Numbered from the stretch's first letter, positions 17,674 through 27,765 are shown. The stretch is DNA of 64,000 bases from Bacteroidales bacterium (GCA_045592965.1 JAZNVS010000005.1:158-64157); one strand, 5' to 3'. Notes: generated by a model not told the origin, from the letters alone. Program-made: numbers and translations.

Positions 17674-18954
17674 TTATCTAATCTTCAATGTTAATATTGC
17701 AAATGCCACGAGCATGATACTTACAATCCAGAATCTGAATGTTATCTTAGACTCGTGATAGAGTTGTGAAGAGCCCTTGAAGAGAACCTTACATCCTGGA
17801 TCCAGTTTCTCCACCAATGACAACGACGTCCTGTAATGGTCATGCACTGGTGTTCTCTTCCACAAGCGTTGACGTACGCCTTTTTTCTTTCCCATCTTGT
17901 AGTAAAACTTCTGCAATATCACAGAGATGCTTTCCCACAAGAACACTCCGCATATAATAGGCAGAAGCAATTCTTTATGAATAATTACCGCCGACACCGC
18001 TATTATTCCGCCAATAGTAAGGCTGCCTGTGTCGCCCATAAATATCTGTGCTGGATATGAGTTATACCATAAGAATCCGATGAGAGCTCCTATGAAAGCA
18101 CAGAGAAACACCACCACCTCCTCGCTTCCTGGTATGAACATAATGTTAAGATAATCCGCCATCACCACGTGACTCGAGACATACGCCAGCACAGCCAGAG
18201 CCACACCCATTATCGCAGAGTTGCCCGCCGCCATGCCGTCCATACCGTCGTTGAGGTTTGAGCCATTTGAGACAGCTGTCACCACAAACACCGTGACTAT
18301 CACAAAGAAAATCCAGCCCGCCCAATATTTATATGGCTCACCGAGGAAATTAAAGAAATCGGCATAATTCAAGTTGTTATCTTTCACAAAAGGAATTGTC
18401 GTACGTGTCGATTTAACGTCAGGTGTCTTGACAACTATTTCTTTGTTGTTTTCAATCTTTGTTTCTACTTTTTCATTCATCACCACTGAAGGGCTGAAAC
18501 GTAATGTCAGACCGACGATAAGTCCAAGAAGCACCTGAGCGAAAATCTTAAACCATCCGTTCAAGCCGTCTTTTTTCTTTTTGAATGTCTTGATGTAATC
18601 GTCGGCAAAGCCCACTATACCAAGCAATATCGTTGACACTATCATCAATATCATATAGACATTCTTCAGCTTACCTATCAAGAGACAAGGTATCAAGATA
18701 GCTGTTATAATAATGAGTCCACCCATCGTAGGCACGCCTTTTTTCTGTGTGTTAAAAGGGTCGGTGGCCTCGTCTCTCTGTGTCTCTGATATCTGATGTT
18801 TTTTCAGGAGACGGATGAAATATTTTCCAAACCATATCGATATTATCAAAGATGCGATAATAGCGAAGATAGCGCGGAATGTGACGTATGTAAACATTCC
18901 TGCTCCTGGGAAGTCGCAGCACTTATCTAAATATTCAAACAAATAGTACAACAT
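17674..18954 (-). CDS. mraY: Phospho-N-acetylmuramoyl-pentapeptide transferase
   Basis: 426 aa polytopic membrane protein with KKGVPTMGG, NLNDGMDGMAAG and IFMGDTGSL motifs. Confidence 0.95.
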   Translation of the reverse strand: MLYYLFEYLDKCCDFPGAGMFTYVTFRAIFAIIASLIISIWFGKYFIRLLKKHQISETQRDEATDPFNTQKKGVPTMGGLIIITAILIPCLLIGKLKNVYMILMIVSTILLGIVGFADDYIKTFKKKKDGLNGWFKIFAQVLLGLIVGLTLRFSPSVVMNEKVETKIENNKEIVVKTPDVKSTRTTIPFVKDNNLNYADFFNFLGEPYKYWAGWIFFVIVTVFVVTAVSNGSNLNDGMDGMAAGNSAIMGVALAVLAYVSSHVVMADYLNIMFIPGSEEVVVFLCAFIGALIGFLWYNSYPAQIFMGDTGSLTIGGIIAVSAVIIHKELLLPIICGVFLWESISVILQKFYYKMGKKKGVRQRLWKRTPVHDHYRTSLSLVEKLDPGCKVLFKGSSQLYHESKITFRFWIVSIMLVAFAILTLKIR

Positions 18955-18963
18955 CGTTAAATC

Positions 18964-20421
18964 TTATTTTTCGTTCAAAGCCTTTGTTAATTCTTCCACG
19001 TCATCGAAATGATGGCGTACACCTTTTATCTCTTGATAGTCTTCATGGCCTTTGCCAGCGACGAGGATAATATCGCCTTTCTTTGCCAAGGCTGCTGCTG
19101 TCCTTATAGCCTCTCTCCTGTCGGTTATGCTCAGCACCTTGTTATAATATTCTCCGCCGACACCGGCACGCATCTGTCTGATAATCTCTTCGGGTTCCTC
19201 GAAACGAGGGTTATCGCTGGTGATGATAAGCCTGTCGCTTCTCGTCACAGCAGTGTCAGCCATCTCTGGTCTCTTAGTGGCGTCTCTGTTACCACCAGCA
19301 CCGACCACTGTAATCAGCGTCTCGTTATGAGTCCTTATCTCGTTGATAGTGTCGAGCACGTTTTTCAGAGCATCTGGTGTATGTGCATAATCTACAATAC
19401 CAACGACACCCGACTCAGAACGCACAATCTGGAAACGACCTGAGGCGCTCTGCAACTGACTCACTCCCTTGAATAAGTCATCATCACTCATCCCTAACAA
19501 GGACGCTGCTCCGTAGATAGCCAACAAATTGCTAGCGTTAAACTTACCTACCAAAAATGTCGAGATATTATTTCTGTTGATCTTCATCTCCATACCATCG
19601 AAATAGCTTTCCATGACGACACCTTTATAATCGGCATCTGTCCTGAGCGAATATGTTTTCCTTGAAGCCTTGGTATTTTGAAGCATCACCATTCCATTCT
19701 TATCGTCTAAGTTGGTGAGAGCAAAGGCCGTTGAGGGAAGCTCGTCGAAGAACTTTTTCTTAGCATCGCGATATGCAGCCACTGTCTTATGATAGTCGAG
19801 ATGGTCATGTGTCAGGTTAGTAAATATACCGCCTTCAAAACGGAGCCCTTTTATTCTCTTCTGGTCTACGGCATGAGAACTCACCTCCATAAAGACATAT
19901 TCGCAACCAGCCTCTGCCATACGGCTTAGCATCTCATTAATCTGAAGCTGGTCGCCTGTTGTATGTGTTGAAGGGACAACGGTATTGTTGATTCTATTCT
20001 CTATCGTCGACAAAAGTCCGCATGGATAGCCCGCATTGAAGAAAAGACGATAAAGTAATGTAGCGATGGTTGTCTTTCCGTTAGTGCCTGTCACTCCAAC
20101 GAGACGTACTTTCTCTGAAGGTCTGTCGTAAAACTCTGAGGCAGCATAACCCAGAGTCTCTGCGCTGTCGTTCACCACGTAATATGTCACGTCGTCACTG
20201 ACAACAGCAGGCAGTTTCTCACATATTATAACTTTACATTCTTGAGCTATAGCTTTCTCGATGAAGTCATGGCCATCGACCTGAGTTCCTTTTATAGCGA
20301 AGAAGGCCATCTCAGCAGAGCATTTTCTAGAGTCGAAGGTAAGGCTAGAAACCATACGATTTTCATCGCCTAAGACATCAACAATCTCGCATTTTCTTAA
20401 TATGTCTTTTACTCTTTTCAT
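18964..20421 (-). CDS. murE: UDP-N-acetylmuramoyl-L-alanyl-D-glutamate--2,6-diaminopimelate ligase
   Basis: 485 aa with P-loop GVTGTNGKTT and the C-terminal DNPR motif (TSDNPRFE). Confidence 0.95.
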   Translation of the reverse strand: MKRVKDILRKCEIVDVLGDENRMVSSLTFDSRKCSAEMAFFAIKGTQVDGHDFIEKAIAQECKVIICEKLPAVVSDDVTYYVVNDSAETLGYAASEFYDRPSEKVRLVGVTGTNGKTTIATLLYRLFFNAGYPCGLLSTIENRINNTVVPSTHTTGDQLQINEMLSRMAEAGCEYVFMEVSSHAVDQKRIKGLRFEGGIFTNLTHDHLDYHKTVAAYRDAKKKFFDELPSTAFALTNLDDKNGMVMLQNTKASRKTYSLRTDADYKGVVMESYFDGMEMKINRNNISTFLVGKFNASNLLAIYGAASLLGMSDDDLFKGVSQLQSASGRFQIVRSESGVVGIVDYAHTPDALKNVLDTINEIRTHNETLITVVGAGGNRDATKRPEMADTAVTRSDRLIITSDNPRFEEPEEIIRQMRAGVGGEYYNKVLSITDRREAIRTAAALAKKGDIILVAGKGHEDYQEIKGVRHHFDDVEELTKALNEK

Positions 20422-22550
20422 TTTGCGCTCAATGTTAAATTAATTACACTTCCCTTCTTAAGTTCAGAACCAGCCTTGGCTGACTGTGTCTTTACTTTGC
20501 CATAACCAGTAAACGTCACCTTCCATCCCATCGACTCCAAGAGACATACCGCATCTGTGACATTCATGCCTTTGACATCAGGGACTTTATTATCTTCAAA
20601 ATCGACATGGCTCACATAAGTCACGTCGTCGTTCATTTTCACATTAACCCACTTGTCGCTCTCAGCATCATCGACGAATTGAATATCTTCAAGGTTACAG
20701 AAATCCATGAAATCGTCGTAATACACCATTGAAGCCTTGGTGAACGACTCGCAATCTGCTTGATAATCCGACTCTTCTTCTACTATACCCAAACGTGTAG
20801 CATATATCTTCTCAGCGAGTTCCTTAAACACAGGACCCGACACTGAGCTTCCGTAGTATTTTCCACCCATCGGGTTGCTGACCATTATGATACATGAATA
20901 TTGAGGGTTGTCGGCTGGGAAATATCCCACGAATGTAGCGGTATAATTCTTCTTATTATAGCTGCCTCCTTGTGAAATCTGTGCCGTTCCTGTCTTTCCT
21001 GCCACAGAGAAACCCAGTTTACTCATACTCTTAGCCGTGCCGTTTTCCACAACACCTTCTAAAAGAGTCTGCAACGTCTCAATAGTTCTTGGAGAGGCGA
21101 TACGATCGTTAATAACAATTGTGTCGAAAGTCTTTATCACATCTCTTCCGTGACGTATCTCTTTAACAAACTGAGGCTTCACCATCACACCATCATTAGC
21201 GATAGCATTATAATATGTAAGAAGTTGTATTGGCGTAAGCTGCACTTCATATCCCACCGACATCCACGGAAGCGTAAGCTTAGACCATGTCTTGTCACTG
21301 GTATTTTTGATATATGGTGTCGCTGCCCCTTGTATGTCGAGGTTTAAAGGTTCATTGATTTTAGTCTGATAGATATAGTCGATAAACTGCTGAGGATTAT
21401 CTTTGAAGGTCTCTTCCACCATCGTTGCAAAAGCAATGTTCGACGATTGTTCAAATGCGTTACGAATCGTGGTATAGCCTTTCTCATCATTGACCTTATG
21501 AGAGTCTCTCAGCGTCCTCTTGTAGAACACCTTATAACCCGTCGTTCCAATATTGACTTTATCGTCTATGCTCAAAGAAGGATTATTTTCAAGAAGAGCC
21601 AACATCGTCAAGGCCTTAAAGGTAGAGCCTGGCTCCACATTATGACGTAAAGCAAAGTTATATGTCTCTTCATATTTAGATGTCTTCTGGTTATAGCACA
21701 AAGAAGCCATCACTTCTACAAATCCCGATTTAACATCCATGAGCACCACACATCCTTGCTCTGCTTCATTTTCTATGAGGCAGTTCATAAGTGCGTTCTC
21801 AGCAACGTCTTGCAACTCAATATCTATTGATGTATACACATCGTCACCATTTACTGGCTCGCTATTGAAAGGATCTGGCACAGGCATCCAGAAGTTACCA
21901 TTGATACGCCTGTAAGCTTGTTGTCCGTTAGCACCTTTAAGATAATCATTATAAGCGCCTTCGATGCCGACATATACATATATGCTGTCTTTATCGTTTT
22001 CTCTAGAATAGCCTATCGTTCTTGCAGCGAGCACTCCGTAAGGCAAGTTCCTCACGTATCTTCTCTCCGTGATAAATCCACCTTTATTTTTTCCATGTCT
22101 GAATATAGGATAATCAGACATTTCCTTATATTCTGCCATAGAAAGCTTTGTAGCTATTCTCACGTAACGCACATTATTAGCACGAGCCTTCTCTAAATCG
22201 CTGATATATTTAGCCTTAGATTTCTTTCCAAGTTTACGGCTCAGACGTGTGGCTAATCCGTCGATTTCTTTTCTGAATGTGGTGTCGTGAGGTGCACATG
22301 GGTCGAAGAACACATCAAACACAGGAATCGATGTCGCCAACAAGGTTCCATTTTTAGAAACCACATTACCACGATGCGCCTCCACTTCCTTAAATCTTTC
22401 CTCTCTCTTCTCAGCCTTCTCTACAAGTTCATCTTTTTCCTTGACTTGTATAACAACTATCTTGACCAAGACCAAGACACCGAACACAACCATCAACAAA
22501 TAAAGAAGATACACTCTCCACAACACGTCGTTTTTAGGATCAATCTTCAT
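20418..22550 (-). CDS. ftsI: Division-specific penicillin-binding protein (class B transpeptidase, FtsI/PBP3-like) with a C-terminal PASTA-like domain
   Basis: 710 aa with an N-terminal TM helix and STFK (PGSTFK), SSN (QSSN) and KTGT (AGKTGTA) transpeptidase motifs. Confidence 0.9.
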   Translation of the reverse strand: MKIDPKNDVLWRVYLLYLLMVVFGVLVLVKIVVIQVKEKDELVEKAEKREERFKEVEAHRGNVVSKNGTLLATSIPVFDVFFDPCAPHDTTFRKEIDGLATRLSRKLGKKSKAKYISDLEKARANNVRYVRIATKLSMAEYKEMSDYPIFRHGKNKGGFITERRYVRNLPYGVLAARTIGYSRENDKDSIYVYVGIEGAYNDYLKGANGQQAYRRINGNFWMPVPDPFNSEPVNGDDVYTSIDIELQDVAENALMNCLIENEAEQGCVVLMDVKSGFVEVMASLCYNQKTSKYEETYNFALRHNVEPGSTFKALTMLALLENNPSLSIDDKVNIGTTGYKVFYKRTLRDSHKVNDEKGYTTIRNAFEQSSNIAFATMVEETFKDNPQQFIDYIYQTKINEPLNLDIQGAATPYIKNTSDKTWSKLTLPWMSVGYEVQLTPIQLLTYYNAIANDGVMVKPQFVKEIRHGRDVIKTFDTIVINDRIASPRTIETLQTLLEGVVENGTAKSMSKLGFSVAGKTGTAQISQGGSYNKKNYTATFVGYFPADNPQYSCIIMVSNPMGGKYYGSSVSGPVFKELAEKIYATRLGIVEEESDYQADCESFTKASMVYYDDFMDFCNLEDIQFVDDAESDKWVNVKMNDDVTYVSHVDFEDNKVPDVKGMNVTDAVCLLESMGWKVTFTGYGKVKTQSAKAGSELKKGSVINLTLSAK

Positions 22551-22884
22551 CGAGGCCTCCTTTCTTCTCCACCCTTATCATCTTCATAGGTTCCAGAGAT
22601 TCTTTGATACCTTTATTTTTCAACATCTTAGCTAAGTTAGACTGTTTGGTAGCCTCAGTTACATCAGACTTCATATAGACATACTCCACGTAGAGGTCTT
22701 CTGCTTTGGCATTCATTCTTGAAATCTCTCTGCTAGTATCTTCTGCAATATAAATATTTGTGATATAAAGCATTGAAAGCACCACAATATATATCAGGAA
22801 CGGAAAGAAGTTCACGAAACTGTCTTTTGAAAAGAAGTTGCCGCCCATCACATCAGCGATGGTTCTGTTGATATTATTTTTCAT
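22540..22884 (-). CDS. ftsL: FtsL-like small bitopic cell division protein
   Basis: 114 aa with a single TM helix followed by a coiled-coil-like segment. It sits between rsmH and ftsI with overlapping stops and starts. Confidence 0.55.
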   Translation of the reverse strand: MKNNINRTIADVMGGNFFSKDSFVNFFPFLIYIVVLSMLYITNIYIAEDTSREISRMNAKAEDLYVEYVYMKSDVTEATKQSNLAKMLKNKGIKESLEPMKMIRVEKKGGLDED

Positions 22885-23783
22885 TTCATCCTCCTTTCAG
22901 CGACGCGTAACTTTGCGCTCCTTGCTCTATTGTTGACACTTATCTCTTCGTCTGAAGGCACTATCGGTTTGCTTGATATTAACTTGTAAGGTGTAAGCTG
23001 ATTTCCGAAGAAGTCTTTTTCAAGTATACCGTCGGCATTACCTGTCTTCATAAAGTTCTTCACGAGACGGTCTTCCAAAGAATGATACGACAGTACCACG
23101 AGTCTTCCACCTGGATTCAAGACATCGGCACATTGTGAGAGAAACATCTCGAGCACCTTCATCTCCTCATTGACTTCAATTCTCAAGGCTTGAAATATCT
23201 GAGCAAGCACTTTATTTTCAGATCCTTTAGGCAAGAAGCGAGCCACTGCCTCCTTCAGTTCGTCTGTTGTCTCTATAGATTTCACTTCGCGAGCCATCGT
23301 AATGGCATCTGCTATAGCCATAGCGTTTCTCAGCTCGCCATAACGCGACAGCACCGACGCGATAGAAGCCTGGTCGTAGGTATTTACAACGGAGGCTGCG
23401 TCAACAGCGGCGTTCTTATTCATACGCATATCAAGACGTCCATTATAACGAATCGAAAAGCCTTTCTCAGGAGTGTCGAACTGATAAGAAGAGACGCCGA
23501 GGTCAGCGAGAATACCATCGACCTTACCGCCGCAATAAAGCTGAACGAAGTTTTTCATATAACGGAAGTTCTGCTGGATGAACGTGAAACGGCTGTCGTC
23601 GATTACGTTCTTAGCCGCGTCTTCATCTTGATCAAAGGCATAGAGACGACCATTTTCACCAAGACACTCCATGATACGACGAGAATGACCTCCGCCTCCA
23701 AATGTCACATCAACATAAACGCCATCTGGCTTAATATTCAAAGCATTGACGCTTTCGTTCAACAAAACAGGAATATGATACAT
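22881..23783 (-). CDS. rsmH: 16S rRNA (cytosine1402-N4)-methyltransferase
   Basis: 300 aa: MYHIPVLLNESV..., DVTFGGGGHS, DLGVSSYQFD, SYHSLEDRLVK. Confidence 0.95.
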   Translation of the reverse strand: MYHIPVLLNESVNALNIKPDGVYVDVTFGGGGHSRRIMECLGENGRLYAFDQDEDAAKNVIDDSRFTFIQQNFRYMKNFVQLYCGGKVDGILADLGVSSYQFDTPEKGFSIRYNGRLDMRMNKNAAVDAASVVNTYDQASIASVLSRYGELRNAMAIADAITMAREVKSIETTDELKEAVARFLPKGSENKVLAQIFQALRIEVNEEMKVLEMFLSQCADVLNPGGRLVVLSYHSLEDRLVKNFMKTGNADGILEKDFFGNQLTPYKLISSKPIVPSDEEISVNNRARSAKLRVAERRMK

Positions 23784-23801
23784 CTCTCTTATTTTTAATT
23801 G

Positions 23802-24266
23802 TTAACCAATAAAATCGCTTTCACCCAACTTCGCAGTGAGCATCTCTACAAACTGTTCTTCTGAAATCTTAGAATCTTCTATCTCTTTCATAGAGCGATC
23901 CCAGATCTGCATCCTATCAATCAAAGAAGTCATGACAACCTCTTTTACGAGTTTAGTTTTCTCCATCAAATCTTTAGGGATTTGAAGACGTCCGTTTGCA
24001 TCTACTTTAACCATTCGCGCACCTGCATTGAAACGACGAATCAACATCACGTTCTCCGCCTTGAAAGGATTAAGCTTTCCCAATTTCTCCTGCATAGCAC
24101 GCCAATCGCTCATTCCAAAAAGCTCAAGACAATCGCCAAAAAGACTAGGACGAAGGACAAATCCCTCCTCAAGAGCATCGCCGAGCTGTTCCTTAAAACT
24201 ACTCGGAAGAAGCAATCTTCCCTTACTGTCTAATTTACAATAATATTCGCCAATTGGATAATTCAT
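23802..24266 (-). CDS. mraZ: Transcriptional regulator MraZ
   Basis: 154 aa with duplicated SpoVT-AbrB-like halves (DSKGRLLLP and DANGRLQIP). First gene of the dcw cluster. Confidence 0.9.
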   Translation of the reverse strand: MNYPIGEYYCKLDSKGRLLLPSSFKEQLGDALEEGFVLRPSLFGDCLELFGMSDWRAMQEKLGKLNPFKAENVMLIRRFNAGARMVKVDANGRLQIPKDLMEKTKLVKEVVMTSLIDRMQIWDRSMKEIEDSKISEEQFVEMLTAKLGESDFIG

Positions 24267-24308
24267 TTTCGATTCAATTTTTCAAGTTGTAAAATTAGTG
24301 CATTTTTT

Positions 24309-24324
24309 CCCACTTTCAACCACT
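24309..24324 (-). promoter_or_regulatory. Candidate MraZ operator: two AGTGG(G) boxes 10 nt apart
   Basis: The minus strand reads AGTGGttgaaAGTGGG, 43-58 nt upstream of the mraZ ATG. In E. coli MraZ binds GTGGG-type direct repeats with 10-nt periodicity. Only two boxes are clear here. Confidence 0.4.
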
Positions 24325-24463
24325 TTTTTCTAAAAATTTTCATTTTTTTCAAAAAAAGTTATCAACAACAATCCAACATATAGTAAAATCAAGGTATTTG
24401 AAAAATTTGACTTCTTATGTGTACAAAAAATAATTATTTTCACTTATCGTAAAGATAATTCAT

Positions 24464-24471
24464 TATTTTTG
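24464..24471 (+). promoter_or_regulatory. Bacteroidota -7 promoter box (TATTTTTG) upstream of the acyltransferase operon
   Basis: TAnnTTTG match 50 nt upstream of the ATG at 24521. Confidence 0.45.
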
Positions 24472-24520
24472 CATGATGGAAAAACTATCATAACGATAGT
24501 TTCTATAAAATTGTTGAGAA

Positions 24521-25381
24521 ATGAGCGATAAAGAAGCATTACAGATTGACATTGAGAAGATTATTAGCCAGAAAGCTCCTAAGTTTGCCAATAAGGTCCC
24601 GCGTTTTGTCATCAGATATTTAAAGAAGATACTTCATCAGGACGACATCAACAGCCTCTTGGTAAGAGCCGACGGCTTGGCAGGTCTGCCTTTTGTGGCT
24701 GAGACCATGAAAGAATTCAACACAGGCGTAGTCACTCATGGATTAGACCATATTAAGGAAGACGGACGTTACATCATTGCTGCCAACCACCCCATAGGCG
24801 GACTCGACGGCATAGCTCTCATCGACACCGTCGGAAAGATAAGACCCGACGTCATCACACCCGTCAATGACTTCCTTCTCTTCGTGCCTAACCTCAGACC
24901 TCTCTTCATACCAGTCAACAAATTAGGTAGTAACGCCGATAATATCAAGATTTTCAACGAGACTTTTGAAAGCAACAAGACAATCTGCTATTATCCTTAC
25001 GGATTATGTTCGAGAAAACAAAACGGCAAGATTATCGACCTGGAATGGAAGAAGACATTCGTAACCAAAGCCAAAGCCTATCAGCGCGACATAATACCAG
25101 CTCATATAACAGGTAGAAACAGCGACTTCTTCTACAACCTCTCAAACATACGTAAGAAACTCGGCATCAAAGTTAATATCGAGATGATGTTTTTAGTCAA
25201 CGAGTTCTACAAACAAAGGAACAAAACTCTCACCATCACCTTCGGCAAACCGATACCTTGGCAGACTTTCGACAACAGATACAGCGATGCAGAATGGGCG
25301 ATGCGATTGAGAAACTTCTCCTACAACCTCCCATCCGACTGCGAGCAGACTTTTGACCCAGAAAAAAATTATACAATATAA
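24521..25381 (+). CDS. PlsC-family lysophospholipid acyltransferase (O-acyltransferase of an aminolipid pathway, GlsA/OlsA-like)
   Basis: 286 aa with an NHPxGGLDG acyltransferase motif (ANHPIGGLDGIAL). Lies immediately upstream of an OlsB-like N-acyltransferase gene. Confidence 0.65.
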   Translation: MSDKEALQIDIEKIISQKAPKFANKVPRFVIRYLKKILHQDDINSLLVRADGLAGLPFVAETMKEFNTGVVTHGLDHIKEDGRYIIAANHPIGGLDGIALIDTVGKIRPDVITPVNDFLLFVPNLRPLFIPVNKLGSNADNIKIFNETFESNKTICYYPYGLCSRKQNGKIIDLEWKKTFVTKAKAYQRDIIPAHITGRNSDFFYNLSNIRKKLGIKVNIEMMFLVNEFYKQRNKTLTITFGKPIPWQTFDNRYSDAEWAMRLRNFSYNLPSDCEQTFDPEKNYTI

Positions 25382-25390
25382 AGATAAGAT

Positions 25391-26359
25391 ATGGAAAAAA
25401 TTATTGATGCCGTTTCTTCGGAATACATCATCAAGGAACTGACAGAAGAACGTTTTGTTAGGAAAACAAACTACGGTCATAATGAGATTTACGTCGTCAA
25501 CGCGCACAACGCACCTAACACCATGCGCGAGATTGGCCGTCTGCGCGAACTGGCTTTCAGAGAATCTGGCGGAGGAACAGGCAAAAGCATGGACATAGAC
25601 GAGTTCGACACACGAGATGACGTATACTTCGAACAGCTCATTGTATGGGATCCCGCCGAGAAAGAAATACTCGGAGGCTACCGCTTCATAGACTGCAAGA
25701 AACTCAAAATAAAAAACAACGGACAAGTAGACACTCCAACATCAGAACTCTTCTATTACTCAGAAGATTTCATCAAAGATTATCTCCCACATACCATAGA
25801 ACTAGGACGTTCTTTCATACAACCAAAATACCAATCAACAGGCAATGTAAGAAAAAGCATCTTCACGTTAGACAACCTCTGGGACGGTCTCGGCGCCTTG
25901 CTCACCGTGATACCATCAACAAAATATTTCTTCGGAAAAGTGACTATGTATTCACAATACGACACTGCCTTACGCGATATGATTCTTTTCTTCATGAAAA
26001 AATTCTTCCCAGATAACGACAACCTAGTCTACCCTTATCCAGATAAAGCTATCAATATCAAGACAAGAAAAGCCATCATGAAGCTGAGACTCGACGGCAG
26101 CAATTATCAAAATAGCTACAGAACATTGAGCAAATATGTGAGAGAAAACGGTTCAAATATCCCTCCGTTGTTCAACGCTTACATGAGCCTGTCGGCTACA
26201 ATGAAGACCTTCGGAACAGCACTCAACGCTCCTTTCGGAAACGTGGAAGAGACCGCAATCTTAATCACCATAGAAGACATTTTTCCTGAAAAGATTGAAC
26301 GTCATCTTATATATGACAAAAACGAGAAGCCGGAACACCTCAAAGTAATTGAAAGTTGA
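25391..26359 (+). CDS. GNAT-fold N-acyltransferase (OlsB/GlsB-like, hemolysin-type) for glycine/amino-acid lipid synthesis
   Basis: 322 aa. RLRELAFRESGGGTGKSMDIDEFD is typical of the OlsB-like family as I recall it. Only 9 nt separate it from the upstream acyltransferase gene. Confidence 0.65.
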   Translation: MEKIIDAVSSEYIIKELTEERFVRKTNYGHNEIYVVNAHNAPNTMREIGRLRELAFRESGGGTGKSMDIDEFDTRDDVYFEQLIVWDPAEKEILGGYRFIDCKKLKIKNNGQVDTPTSELFYYSEDFIKDYLPHTIELGRSFIQPKYQSTGNVRKSIFTLDNLWDGLGALLTVIPSTKYFFGKVTMYSQYDTALRDMILFFMKKFFPDNDNLVYPYPDKAINIKTRKAIMKLRLDGSNYQNSYRTLSKYVRENGSNIPPLFNAYMSLSATMKTFGTALNAPFGNVEETAILITIEDIFPEKIERHLIYDKNEKPEHLKVIES

Positions 26360-26383
26360 AAGCTGAAAATTGACAATTGGGTA
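26349..26383. repeat. Heptanucleotide repeat (TTGAAAG/CTGAAAA/TTGACAA...) x5
   Basis: Five 7-nt units spanning the stop codon of the N-acyltransferase gene. Confidence 0.7.
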
Positions 26384-26437
26384 GAGATGCGTCAATTACA
26401 CATACAAAAAACAAACGATTTGTAATTGCCACGTCTC
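26384..26437. repeat. AGACG...CGTCT-type hairpin element, copy E2
   Basis: Arms GAGATGCGTCAATTACA (26384-26400) and TGTAATTGCCACGTCTC (26421-26437) give 17 bp with 3 mismatches. Followed by CTCAGAAAC-type ~9-nt repeats up to the engB start. Confidence 0.6.
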
Positions 26438-26477
26438 AGAAACCTCAGAAATTTAGTAACTCAGAAACTTAAAAACG

Positions 26478-27083
26478 ATGATAGTAAGAAAAGCTGAATT
26501 TTTACAGAGCAACACAAAAGTAGACAAACTGCCTTCCGCCAACAAACCGGAATACGCTTTCATTGGCCGCTCCAATGTCGGAAAGTCGTCATTGATTAAC
26601 ATGCTGACTAACAAAAGACAGCTCGCGAAGACTTCATCGACCCCAGGAAAAACAATAACGATAAACCATTTTATCATCAACGACGAATGGTATCTTGTAG
26701 ATTTGCCGGGATATGGTTTTGCTCAGCGCTCAAAGAAAGACCGCGAAGCATGGAAGGTGATGCTCGACAATTATATCACAAACAGAAAAAACCTCATCAG
26801 CATGTTCGTCTTGGTCGACAGCCGCATCGAGCCTCAGAAAATCGACCTTGAATTTATCAATCATCTCGGAGAATTGCAGATGCCTTTCGGTATCATCTTC
26901 ACAAAAGTAGATAAGATAAAAGAAGGCGAGCTCCAGCGTAACATACAGGTTTATAAAGACAAGCTCGCCGAAGAATGGGAAGAGCTCCCTCCTATCTTCA
27001 TCACATCATCAGAAAAAGAAATAGGGAAAGATGACGTCTTGAATTATATCGACAGTCTGAATAAATACAACTACGAATTCTGA
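26478..27083 (+). CDS. engB: Ribosome biogenesis GTP-binding protein YihA/EngB
   Basis: 201 aa with G1 [15 protein letters not shown] and TKVDK motifs. Confidence 0.9.
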   Translation: MIVRKAEFLQSNTKVDKLPSANKPEYAFIGRSNVGKSSLINMLTNKRQLAKTSSTPGKTITINHFIINDEWYLVDLPGYGFAQRSKKDREAWKVMLDNYITNRKNLISMFVLVDSRIEPQKIDLEFINHLGELQMPFGIIFTKVDKIKEGELQRNIQVYKDKLAEEWEELPPIFITSSEKEIGKDDVLNYIDSLNKYNYEF

Positions 27084-27084
27084 T

Positions 27085-27135
27085 AAAAAAAAGCGCGCCA
27101 ACTGCATTTACAATTGACGCGCTTATTGTTTTATT
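27085..27135. terminator. Intrinsic terminator between convergent engB and the TPR lipoprotein gene
   Basis: A8-AGCGCGCCAA-(loop)-TTGACGCGCT-T-rich. GC-rich 11-bp stem with one mismatch. Confidence 0.6.
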
Positions 27136-27175
27136 AATCATGGTATAATAGACAAAAATTATTGTTCAAATATTT

Positions 27176-27682
27176 TTATTGCTCAAAGGTTTTTATCAAT
27201 TCGTCAAGAGGGATGCCGATATTTTTGATTGTCGACTGCACGTCGGCTGCCATAGGATTATTTGGATATCTCTCCAAGAACTGATGATAAGTATCAAGAG
27301 CTTTCTCGTAGTCTTGCATCTGGTTTTCATAAATAAAGCCTTTAATAAACATCGCCATAGGAGTCATCTCGAAGTCGGGATAATTATTAATCAGCACATT
27401 AGTGATGTCTATTGTCTTTTGCGGGTTGAGAGCGTTATACGCAACTGAAATGTCGACGGCTTTAAAAAGGAAGTCGGGCGACATCTCGTCATTAGGGAAC
27501 TTCTTTGCATAATTCATATACGCCTCTATAAGTTTGTCGGCTGACTCTGCATTCAAAACACCTTTTTCATCTACCAACGTTTTTTCTAAAGTAAGAATAT
27601 TATTTTTTTCTTTTTCAGATTTATCACAAGAAGTCATCGCTATTGCGAGAAATGCTATCATTAATAATGTTATTCTTTTCAT
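27176..27682 (-). CDS. TPR-repeat lipoprotein
   Basis: 168 aa with a lipobox (LAIAMTSC) and helical TPR-like repeats (ALDTYHQFLERYPNNPMAADV). Confidence 0.6.
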   Translation of the reverse strand: MKRITLLMIAFLAIAMTSCDKSEKEKNNILTLEKTLVDEKGVLNAESADKLIEAYMNYAKKFPNDEMSPDFLFKAVDISVAYNALNPQKTIDITNVLINNYPDFEMTPMAMFIKGFIYENQMQDYEKALDTYHQFLERYPNNPMAADVQSTIKNIGIPLDELIKTFEQ

Positions 27683-27706
27683 ATTGTATTTTTTTCAATC
27701 CGATCA

Positions 27707-27756
27707 AGACGCAGCAATTACACCGTGTTTATTATCAATGGTGCAATATGTCACGT
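27707..27756. repeat. Degenerate AGACG-type hairpin, copy E3
   Basis: The left arm AGACGCAGCAATTACACC and right arm GGTGCAATATGTCACGT pair well only in the inner ~8 bp. Same position (between heptamer array and next gene) as E1 and E2. Confidence 0.4.
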
Positions 27757-27765
27757 ATTTACATT

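Noticed and set aside
23190-23798. 202-aa plus-strand ORF inside rsmH
   Set aside because: It lies antisense to a conserved methyltransferase gene and its Arg/Ser/Cys-rich composition is typical of antisense frames.
25193-25726. 177-aa minus-strand ORF spanning the junction of the two acyltransferase genes
   Set aside because: It lies antisense to two well-supported genes and shows no recognisable domain.
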